A stretch of DNA of 64,000 nucleotides from Thermoplasmata archaeon (GCA_035502475.1 DATJUJ010000036.1:66357-130356), one strand, 5' to 3'; counted from the first letter of the stretch, positions 46,277-53,147 are shown. Notes: a model not told the origin generated them from the letters alone. Translations and numbers: made by a program.

Positions 46277-46401
46277 GGCGCGCGCCGAGCGGGCTCCCGC
46301 ATATCACCCTGCCGAGCGCGGAGCGTCTCGGGCGCCGACGAGGGACCCGCCGGTTCGACCGAGCGCGCCGTCGCGGGGCCGCGAGACCCGCCGCTCGGCG
46401 G

Positions 46402-47397
46402 CTATGCGGAGCCCGGACGAGCGGGCGCGAGCCGGCGCTCGCCCTGGACGTGCTCTTGCTGCCGGGTGAACCCGAGCCGCTGATTGATCGTCCACATGGC
46501 GATGTTGAGGGAATCGTTGTAGGTCCGGATCCGCGCGATGCCGTGCGATTGGGCGTAGGCGATCCCCCGTCGCTTCAGCTCGAGGGCCACCCCTCGGCGA
46601 CGCCAGTCCGGCCGGGTCCCGGTGAACACCTGGAGCAGCGAGCTCGGCTCCGCCAGCCGCTCAAGAAAGCTCAGCCCGACGTACTCCCGCCCCCACTCCG
46701 CGAGGAAGAACGCGTCCGGCAGAACGCCGGGGGCCTCGAGGTTCCGCGCGACGAACTCGGACTCCGAGACGGGGCGGGTGGGCACGACCGTCGGGATCCC
46801 TTCCCGCGCCGCGAGATACGCCCGATGGACGGCGGCGCGGACCTCCGGCCGGTCCCCGCCCTCCTCCGCGAGCGTGGTGAATCGAAGGCCCGCCTCGGCG
46901 AGACGGTCGGTCCCGTCGGGGATCCCCTCGAGGCAGGTCGGCGTGACCTCGAGCACGGAAAGCCAGCTGCGTCGGCGTTCGACGAACCCCTGACGGTGGA
47001 GGAAGGCGACGTCGCGCGGGACGTCCGCGCGCACGGCGGTGTAGAGGAACTCCATCCCGTGCGCTTGGGCGCGCGTCGCGAGTTCGTCTGCGAGGGCCCG
47101 ACCGATCCCGTGGCCCTGCCTCGGCGGGTCCACGAACACCTGCAGCCATCCGCGCCGGGGGTCGAAGGCGGCGAACCCCGCCGGCTCGAGCTCGCCGAAG
47201 GCGACGATCGGGCCGCCCGTTCGCTCCTCGGCCACGAGATCGACCCGGAACCGGGGAGGAGCGCCGTTCAGTCGCCGGCGGTGGCGCAGGTCCTCGACTG
47301 AGATCGGGGCCTCCGGGGTCAGTCGATTGAGGACCTCGACCTCCGCGGGCAGGTCCTCGTCTCGCGCCGAGCGGATCGCGTACGCGGGGTCGACCAT
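46402..47397 (-). CDS. Tandem-GNAT N-acetyltransferase (mycothiol-synthase-like architecture)
   Basis: First half VFVDPPRQGHGIGRAL; second half TRPDWRRRGVALELK..NIAMWTINQRLGF. Confidence 0.75.
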   Translation of the reverse strand: MVDPAYAIRSARDEDLPAEVEVLNRLTPEAPISVEDLRHRRRLNGAPPRFRVDLVAEERTGGPIVAFGELEPAGFAAFDPRRGWLQVFVDPPRQGHGIGRALADELATRAQAHGMEFLYTAVRADVPRDVAFLHRQGFVERRRSWLSVLEVTPTCLEGIPDGTDRLAEAGLRFTTLAEEGGDRPEVRAAVHRAYLAAREGIPTVVPTRPVSESEFVARNLEAPGVLPDAFFLAEWGREYVGLSFLERLAEPSSLLQVFTGTRPDWRRRGVALELKRRGIAYAQSHGIARIRTYNDSLNIAMWTINQRLGFTRQQEHVQGERRLAPARPGSA

Positions 47398-47462
47398 GGG
47401 TCACGCTCCGCCCGGTCGCGCGCGGCGCGGGGGTCGGGGGCCGACCCCAGCTCCGCCGGGTC

Positions 47463-48137
47463 CTAAACGTAGACCTGGTCGGTGTAGCAGTAGTAGCGCC
47501 CGTACTGGGCGATGTACGTGGTGGGCCTTCCGCACTTGGGGCACATCGGCGCCGGCGGCGCTGCCGGGGCCGGGGGCGGCGGGGGGGCGGCCATCGGAGC
47601 GGCGGCCGGCGGCGGCGCGGCCGGGGGTGGGGCCTGCGGGTACCCTGCAGGCGGAGGGGCGTAGGCCATGCCCGGCGCCATGCCGCCCTGCGAGCGGCTC
47701 CAGTTGATCACCGGGTCGAACTTCAGGTAGGCGATCAGCAGCAGGACGCCGACGAGGATCCCGCCGATGATGAACCCCAGGATCATCCAGATCAGCGTCT
47801 TCGACTTGGCCGCCTCGAACTGGTGCTGGTTCACCAGCGCCTCGATCTCCTTCATCTGGACGTAGATGACGAAATCGACGACTCCCCAGATCAAGATCAG
47901 GATCGGGAAGACCAGGGCATACGCCTCGACGCCGCCACAGTAGACACTGCCGATCGAGCCGCAGACACTGAACACGTACACGACGAACGCGACGTACGCG
48001 AGCCCCGCCAGCAGCAGCAGGATCCCGAAGATGATCGCCAGGATCCGGACGATGTGGAGCATCGACTTGATCGACTGGACCTCGGGCGGCTCCGTTGGCG
48101 CCATCCCCGGAGGGGGCGCGTACTGCTGGTATCCCAT
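47463..48137 (-). CDS. Four-TM membrane protein with Pro/Ala-rich linker and a C-terminal (degenerate) zinc-ribbon motif
   Basis: 224-aa ORF. Four hydrophobic helices, then PPPAGYPQAPPPAAPPPAAAPMAAPPPPPAPAAPPAP, then CPKCGRPTTYIAQYGRYYCYTDQVYV at the very C-terminus. Confidence 0.7.
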   Translation of the reverse strand: MGYQQYAPPPGMAPTEPPEVQSIKSMLHIVRILAIIFGILLLLAGLAYVAFVVYVFSVCGSIGSVYCGGVEAYALVFPILILIWGVVDFVIYVQMKEIEALVNQHQFEAAKSKTLIWMILGFIIGGILVGVLLLIAYLKFDPVINWSRSQGGMAPGMAYAPPPAGYPQAPPPAAPPPAAAPMAAPPPPPAPAAPPAPMCPKCGRPTTYIAQYGRYYCYTDQVYV

Positions 48138-48341
48138 GGGGGTCGCTCGCGGGAAGGAGTTGGACCCCCTTCTTAGACCCTCCGATTCGATGCGGGCGCA
48201 TGCGGGACCTCGTGCGGAGGGGTCCCGGCCCCGTAGCAGAACTCCGGCACACGGGGCCGCCCGACGCGCGTCGAACGGTCCCTGCGGTGGAAGGGAGGGT
48301 TCAAAAGGGGGGCGTGCGCGTGGTCGTACTCCGTAGCACGA

Positions 48342-48494
48342 ATGCGCGACGGGGTCGCCGCCTTCTACGACCCGTACGCCTCGGCGCTACGACGCGGGCA
48401 CCGGGTGACGGCGCGCCCTCCGCACCTCGCGCGGACCGTGCTCACGGTCGCGGTGGGGCTTGTCCTCGTGGCAGTGCTGATCGCCGTGGCGTGA
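48342..48494 (+). CDS. Candidate 50-aa tail-anchored small membrane protein (not in the ORF track)
   Basis: ATG..TGA ORF MRDGVAAFYDPYASALRRGHRVTARPPHLARTVLTVAVGLVLVAVLIAVA. High GC3, one C-terminal TM helix. No recognisable homology. Confidence 0.3.
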   Translation: MRDGVAAFYDPYASALRRGHRVTARPPHLARTVLTVAVGLVLVAVLIAVA

Positions 48495-48586
48495 GCGAGG
48501 GCTGCGCGCCCCGGCTCTCCCGGGCGGCGCTCTCGAGCTGCGTCGGCCCGGGATCCGGGTCCTCGAACGCGAACGGCCGCGGGGTC

Positions 48587-48615
48587 GCCCGACCCGGACC
48601 GCCCGACGGCCCGAC
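48587..48615 (+). repeat. Three closely spaced GCCCGAC(CCG) direct repeats
   Basis: GCCCGAC at 48587, 48601 and 48609; the first and third extend to GCCCGACCCG. A fourth copy is at 48259. Lies in the spacer upstream of the RHH/FtsZ-like pair. Confidence 0.35.
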
Positions 48616-48711
48616 CCGAGCGGTTCCCAGAACTCGGCCGGCGGCGTGCCGACGGTGTTCCGCTCGCGGTCGCCTCCGAGTCCCCAGACCTTGCGTCGCC
48701 TCCACCGAATC

Positions 48712-48717
48712 TATATA
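48712..48717 (+). promoter_or_regulatory. TATA box (TATATA) for the RHH/FtsZ-like operon
   Basis: aatcTATATAcc is the strongest AT island in the region, about 55 nt upstream of ATG 48773. Confidence 0.5.
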
Positions 48718-48738
48718 CCAGCAGTCCGATATGTCAAT

Positions 48739-48769
48739 CGTCAGACAAAGAAAGGGGTGTTGTCTGACG
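48739..48769 (+). promoter_or_regulatory. Perfect 10-bp inverted repeat CGTCAGACAA-N11-TTGTCTGACG (operator and/or 5'-UTR hairpin with the SD in the loop)
   Basis: Arms at 48739..48748 and 48760..48769. The loop agaaaGGGGTG is SD-like. ATG 48773 follows 3 nt after the repeat. Confidence 0.55.
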
Positions 48770-48772
48770 GAC

Positions 48773-49138
48773 ATGGTCGACACGTCGGAGCGGGTGACGG
48801 TGCGGATCCCGCAGGACCTGCTCGAGAAGCTGAAGCAGATCCAGGGCCTCAAGGAGACGCCCACGATCTCCGACACGATCCGGGAAGGGCTCGAGCAGTA
48901 CATCGAGCTCAACCTTCCGCCGCAGAACGTCCGCAAGGTCGTCGTCGAGCTCTCCCGCCAGGACAACAGCCGCCTCGAGGAGTTCGTCCGCGAGGGCAAT
49001 TCGGTGAGCGTCGACGACGCCGTCCGCTCGGCGGTGCGGGAGTACATCCGCGGCCGCCTCGAGCAGATCGGGCCGACAGCGCGGACCCACCGTCGGGAGG
49101 GGGAACCGGTGGCGGCCGAGGGCTCCCCTCCGCCCTAG
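48773..49138 (+). CDS. Tandem ribbon-helix-helix (CopG/Arc-like) DNA-binding protein, two RHH repeats in one chain
   Basis: In frame in track ORF 48095..49138. Repeat 1: RVTVRIPQDLLEKLKQI..ISDTIREGLEQYI. Repeat 2: KVVVELSRQDNSRLEEFVREG..VDDAVRSAVREYI. ATG 48731 is an alternative start. Confidence 0.75.
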   Translation: MVDTSERVTVRIPQDLLEKLKQIQGLKETPTISDTIREGLEQYIELNLPPQNVRKVVVELSRQDNSRLEEFVREGNSVSVDDAVRSAVREYIRGRLEQIGPTARTHRREGEPVAAEGSPPP

Positions 49139-49153
49139 GCGGTCGGGGGAGCG

Positions 49154-50182
49154 ATGTCCGGGGAACCGCCTGCGCCCGAGGGCTGGGCCGCGCTGGCCGC
49201 GGCGCCCAGCGTCGCGGTCGTCGGACTCGGGGGGGCCGGCAGCGAGGCGGTCCAGGACCTGGTCACCCTTGGAATTCCGGGGGTCCGGGCGGTCGCGATC
49301 AACACCGACGTGAAGCACCTGCTGCGCATGAGCGTCGAGGAGCGGATCCTCCTCGGGCAGCGCGAGCTGCGGGGCCGCGGCAGCGGCGGCGACCGGGCGG
49401 TCGTGCTGCGGGCCGCGGAGGACGCGAAGGAGGAGATCCTCCGCCGCCTCGGACGGTTCGAGCTCGTTTTCCTGCTCGCCGGCCTCGGCGGCGGCACCGG
49501 GAGCGCCCTGCTGCCGTTCTTCTCGCGCGCGCTCCGGGAGACGGACGCGCTCGCCGTCCCCGTCGTGTTCCTGCCGTTCCAGGTCGAGCTCGACGCCAAC
49601 TCGGGCCGCCGGGAGAACGTCGAGGCGACGGTCGCCGACCTGGAAGCGATGGGCGGGCTCCTCCTCGCGCTCGCGAACGAGAAGCTCCGGCGGTTCGAGT
49701 CGCTGCCGATCCACCGCGTCTTCCAGGTCCGGAACGCCTACCTGCACTCCCTGGTCGCGAGCCTCGTCGACATGGTCGAGAACCCGTCCCAGCTGAACGT
49801 CGACCTCGCGAGCCTCAAGAACCATCTCCGCGAGGCGGGGCTGTCGACGCTCGTCACCGGAGAGTACCACATCTCCGAGCCCGAGCGCCTCGTCCACCAG
49901 GCGCTCAGCGACACCCTGCTCGATTTCCACCTGACCGAGCGCCCGTCGGCGCTCGTGCACCTCGACGGGGGCTCGAACCTCACGCTGCGCACGCTCGATC
50001 GGGTGCTGCGGACGATGCGCCAGCGCCTGGGCGACCCCGAGCGGCTCGTCTTCGGGACCCGGGTCCGGCCGGAAGCCCGCGAGGTCGTGCGGCTCACGGC
50101 GGTCGTCGGGGGGCTCAAGCCCCGGGCCGTCCACGACGCCCTCCGGGCGTCCCCCCGGTCGTCGCCGCTCGTCGCCCGCTAG
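49154..50182 (+). CDS. Divergent FtsZ/tubulin-family GTPase (FtsZ paralogue, no C-terminal tail, T7 loop NVDLAS)
   Basis: Motifs VAVVGLGGAGSEAV, AINTD, RGRGSGGD, GLGGGTGSALLP, LPFQVE, NVDLASL. Collinear with archaeal FtsZ over its whole 342 aa. GGGGGAG SD precedes the ATG. Confidence 0.85.
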   Translation: MSGEPPAPEGWAALAAAPSVAVVGLGGAGSEAVQDLVTLGIPGVRAVAINTDVKHLLRMSVEERILLGQRELRGRGSGGDRAVVLRAAEDAKEEILRRLGRFELVFLLAGLGGGTGSALLPFFSRALRETDALAVPVVFLPFQVELDANSGRRENVEATVADLEAMGGLLLALANEKLRRFESLPIHRVFQVRNAYLHSLVASLVDMVENPSQLNVDLASLKNHLREAGLSTLVTGEYHISEPERLVHQALSDTLLDFHLTERPSALVHLDGGSNLTLRTLDRVLRTMRQRLGDPERLVFGTRVRPEAREVVRLTAVVGGLKPRAVHDALRASPRSSPLVAR

Positions 50183-50799
50183 CGGGGCGGGTCCGCGGAG
50201 CGGGCGTCCCGCTCGTCGAGCTCGTGGTGGACGAGGTCGATCACCTGGCTCGTCCGCAGCGAGCGGGGGCCGACCGAGACGGCGGGGGTCCCCCGGGTCG
50301 TGGCGATCGCCCGCTCCGCCTCGGTGGGATCGTACGGGTCCGAGACGACCGCGGCGATCTCGCGCGACTCCCTCGACCAGCGGCCGATCGGCTCGCCGTC
50401 CTCTGCGAGCCAGACCGCGCCCGGGAGCCCCAGGAAGGCGGCGATCGCCCGCACGGGATCGACGGGACCCACCTTGAGGCCCGGGGAGGCCTCGACGTCG
50501 TGGTCGAGCACCCGGGAGCGGACGAGGGCGTTCTTGAGCAGCGCGGCCGTCGACCGCTCGTCGGGGTTGAGGTAGCGGAGCCGGGCGCCGTCGAGCTCGA
50601 TCCGGCGCGCGGCGGGCGGGGGCTCGGCGACGAACAGCACGGTCACGGCCGTGTCGCGCCGCAGGTCGTTCGAGAGCGTGAAGGCGGTCGAGACCGCCCG
50701 GGCGACCTCGTCCATGCGCCCGGCGCCCCCCGCGAGGTCGTTGAGGGTGAACTCGCCGGACACCGGGACCCGGTGCGCGAGCAGGAGGAACCGGCGCAT
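50179..50799 (-). CDS. trmY: tRNA (pseudouridine54-N1)-methyltransferase (SPOUT, DUF358)
   Basis: Motifs NDLAGGAGRMDEVARAV..LSNDLRRD, NPDERSTAALLKNAL, VIDLVHHELD. Shares a CTAG stop/stop overlap with the FtsZ-like gene. Confidence 0.8.
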   Translation of the reverse strand: MRRFLLLAHRVPVSGEFTLNDLAGGAGRMDEVARAVSTAFTLSNDLRRDTAVTVLFVAEPPPAARRIELDGARLRYLNPDERSTAALLKNALVRSRVLDHDVEASPGLKVGPVDPVRAIAAFLGLPGAVWLAEDGEPIGRWSRESREIAAVVSDPYDPTEAERAIATTRGTPAVSVGPRSLRTSQVIDLVHHELDERDARSADPPR

Positions 50800-50823
50800 C
50801 GGGCGGCGGAGCCGCCCGGGAGG

Positions 50824-50829
50824 TTAAGG
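50824..50829 (-). promoter_or_regulatory. TATA-like box for trmY
   Basis: Plus-strand ggTTAAGGatt lies about 25-30 nt upstream of ATG 50799. Confidence 0.35.
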
Positions 50830-50865
50830 ATTCGGCGCGGCCGCCCGTCGGGGGATCGGGACGCG

Positions 50866-51537
50866 CTACGCGTCGTCCCCGCGGCGGCGGCCCCGGGGGG
50901 TGGGCGGTTCGGGAGCGCTCGGGAGGGGGTTCTGCCGGCGTTCCAGCCAGACCTCGTCCCCCAGCTCGTGGTAGACGGCGTGGGCAGCGAGGCCGGTCCC
51001 GTGCTCCCCGTGCGGGAGCCGGAACGCCCCCGATCGATTGGCATTCGAAGAGTAGACGATGTCCTTCTCCCCGGCGGCCGCCATCGCGGCCGTCTCCTCG
51101 CGGGCGAGGTCGAAGATGCGGTCCTTGCGGAACATCCAGTAGTGGATGCGCCACTCGCGGCCGTCGTAGAGGGTCGTCTCGTCGCGCTCGGTCTCGAGGA
51201 TCCCCGTGTCCTCGAGCATGTAGAACGTGTCGCGGTCGTCGGGCTCCAGCACGTTGTCGATGATCCGCTCGTTGAACCCGAAGAAGTTGAGCACGTGCGC
51301 CGCGATCGACCGGGCGTCCTCGGGACGCATCCCCTCGTGGCCGACCGAGCGTCGGATCGCCTTCGCGAGGGAGTCGAAATCGACCGGTCCGGCCACGTCC
51401 GTGAGCGCCGCGTCGGTGGGCAGGCCCGCGCGGGTCGTGGTGATGTCCTCCTGGGTCCGCAGGGGGACCGGGTTCCGGAGGACGTACGGCTTACCGGAGA
51501 TGGCCGGCTTGGCCGGCTCTCGCCCGTGGCCTCGCAT
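50866..51537 (-). CDS. Hypothetical protein
   Basis: 223-aa ORF with normal composition. Core HVLNFFGFNERIIDNVLEPDDRDTFYMLEDTGILETERDETTLYDGREWRIHYWMFRKDRIF. Strong TATA box 28 nt upstream. Confidence 0.65.
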   Translation of the reverse strand: MRGHGREPAKPAISGKPYVLRNPVPLRTQEDITTTRAGLPTDAALTDVAGPVDFDSLAKAIRRSVGHEGMRPEDARSIAAHVLNFFGFNERIIDNVLEPDDRDTFYMLEDTGILETERDETTLYDGREWRIHYWMFRKDRIFDLAREETAAMAAAGEKDIVYSSNANRSGAFRLPHGEHGTGLAAHAVYHELGDEVWLERRQNPLPSAPEPPTPRGRRRGDDA

Positions 51538-51561
51538 GACCGAATCTATCCGAACGGTCTC

Positions 51562-51569
51562 TATAAATA
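51562..51569 (-). promoter_or_regulatory. TATA box (TTATTTATAG on the coding strand) for 50866..51537
   Basis: Plus-strand cTATAAATAa is centred about 28 nt upstream of ATG 51537, suggesting a leaderless mRNA. Confidence 0.5.
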
Positions 51570-51623
51570 ACTTCGGAAATCCGCTGGTTTCCGTGGGTCA
51601 TCAGGGGGGGCCCCCTCCGGCGG

Positions 51624-52205
51624 TCACCCCGCGTTCCGGCGCCCTCTTCCGGACCGCTGAAGGCCCTCCATGCCGGGCCGCCACTCCTCCTCTTCGACCC
51701 GGACCTCGCTCTCGGCCAGCGGGCCGAGCTCCCGCGGGAACGGATAGAGGGACTTCGTGAGATAGACGTGGGCGAACGGACCGCTCGCGGGCGCCGTCCA
51801 CGGGCGCCCCGCGTCCACGACCGATCGGTACTCGTAGTACTCGGGCGCCGGGACGAACCAGAGGACGCAGTCGTCGGTCCCCTTGCCGGCCCGGGGGCCC
51901 CGGGCGGTCACCCGGAGGCCGAGATGCTGGATCACCGCGGTCGGGAGGCTGAACAGGTGGCGGTCGCCCGGCCGGGCCGAGGCGACGAGCCGGCCCCGGA
52001 CGGTCTCGACCGCGAGCGCCTCCCGGGCCGGGTAGGAGGCCAGGACACGGACGATCCCCGGACCCCGGGCGACGAAGGCGATCGACCGGCTCGCCTCCCG
52101 GGCCGGCCCCTCCTCCGGTCGGAACCGCAGGAGGTCGACGACCTCGGTCGGGAGCTGCATCGTGAGCCAGGTCGGGTGGCCCGCCCGGAGGATCACATAC
52201 TCCAT
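51624..52205 (-). CDS. Hypothetical protein, possibly two AbrB/SpoVT-like swapped-hairpin repeats
   Basis: ATG 52205 in frame in track ORF 51624..52415. MQLPTEVVDLLRF and FSLPTAVIQHLGLRV resemble AbrB-type DNA-binding loops (weak, by eye). Confidence 0.5.
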   Translation of the reverse strand: MEYVILRAGHPTWLTMQLPTEVVDLLRFRPEEGPAREASRSIAFVARGPGIVRVLASYPAREALAVETVRGRLVASARPGDRHLFSLPTAVIQHLGLRVTARGPRAGKGTDDCVLWFVPAPEYYEYRSVVDAGRPWTAPASGPFAHVYLTKSLYPFPRELGPLAESEVRVEEEEWRPGMEGLQRSGRGRRNAG

Positions 52206-52226
52206 CCGGGGGTTCGACGGCTCGAC

Positions 52227-52242
52227 GCTATAAGAATTCTTA
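52227..52242 (-). promoter_or_regulatory. TATA-like box overlapping the 12-bp palindrome TAAGAATTCTTA
   Basis: The palindrome is at 52231..52242. CTTATAGC on the coding strand is centred about 26 nt upstream of ATG 52205. Confidence 0.45.
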
Positions 52243-52261
52243 GACCTCGGGGGTCCACCGT

Positions 52262-52912
52262 TCACGGCGGGGGCGCGATCGACCGGATCGCGGCCACCAC
52301 GTCGTCGAACCGTCCCGAGTTGACGGCGAGGCTCGCCGCGGCACGGACCTCGGGGAGGGGGGCGTTGACCGCGATCCCGCCGCCGACCTCCCGGAACACC
52401 TCCGCGTCCGACCACCCGTCCCCCACGTGGACGACCGCCCGAAGCGGGACCCCGGCCCGCCCGGCGAGCCGGACCACGCCCCCGCGCTTGTCGGCATGGA
52501 CCGGACCGGGTCGGCCGAGGACCCCGTCGACCACGATCGACCCCGGGGTCGCGTCGAAGTCATCGAACCCGAACCGGCGCTGGTACCAGGAGCAGACGTA
52601 CGGCGGGTTGTGGGAGAGCAGGGCGACCCGGGCCCCCAGGCCGCGGAGGGTCGCGACCCCCTCGGCGATCCCGCTCAGCCGCGGGGTCGAGGCGAGGACC
52701 TCCTCCACTTCCGCCACGGTGTGACCGTTCGCGAGGTCGAGGAGGTCGGCGAGATGGGGGTCCTCGCCGATCTCGTGCGCGAAGAACCGTCGGTTGGACG
52801 CCTCGAACTCGGGGACCCGGTGGAACGCCTCGGCCATCCGGCGCCAGCCGTGCACGAGCGTGAGGGTCCCGTCGATGTCGACCGTGACGAGGCGCCAGGC
52901 GAAGGCGGTCAA
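52262..52912 (-). CDS. HAD-superfamily hydrolase (subfamily IB, phosphoserine-phosphatase-like)
   Basis: Motif I VTVDIDGTLT, motif II LLSHNP, motif IV HVGDGWSDAEVF. Confidence 0.8.
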   Translation of the reverse strand: MTAFAWRLVTVDIDGTLTLVHGWRRMAEAFHRVPEFEASNRRFFAHEIGEDPHLADLLDLANGHTVAEVEEVLASTPRLSGIAEGVATLRGLGARVALLSHNPPYVCSWYQRRFGFDDFDATPGSIVVDGVLGRPGPVHADKRGGVVRLAGRAGVPLRAVVHVGDGWSDAEVFREVGGGIAVNAPLPEVRAAASLAVNSGRFDDVVAAIRSIAPPP

Positions 52913-52919
52913 CGGCCCC

Positions 52920-53147
52920 CTACGAGCGGCTCCCGATGCCCATCAGGATCCCCCCGACCCACAGCACCAGGATGCCGGCGGCCGCGACCGGCAGGACGGT
53001 GCCGAACTTCCCAGGCGCGGTCGGCAGGAGGATCGAGAGCAGGAACAGCCCGACGAGCGTGCAGAGGAGCCCGAGGGCGATCTTTGCCCCCTTCGACAGT
53101 CGGGCCCGTGGGGCCGGGGCCTCGCGGGAGGACATTCGCGGCCCCAC
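52920..53147 (-). CDS. Small two-TM membrane protein
   Basis: 75-aa ORF with IALGLLCTLVGLFLLSILL and VLPVAAAGILVLWVGGILMGI helices. Confidence 0.55.
   Translation of the reverse strand: MGPRMSSREAPAPRARLSKGAKIALGLLCTLVGLFLLSILLPTAPGKFGTVLPVAAAGILVLWVGGILMGIGSRS

Noticed and set aside
43343-46483. 1046-aa plus-strand ORF spanning pelota, an MFS gene and a GNAT gene, and 798-aa minus ORF 43911..46307.
   Set aside because: They cross three independently well-supported genes on both strands, and their composition is typical of out-of-frame GC-rich translation.
48646-51570. 974-aa plus ORF and 806-aa minus ORF (48734..51154) across the RHH, FtsZ-like, trmY and hypothetical genes.
   Set aside because: Their composition is Arg/Pro/Gly/Ala-dominated. 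The region is fully explained by four shorter genes with clear motifs (RHH repeats, GGGTGS, SPOUT) and their own promoters.
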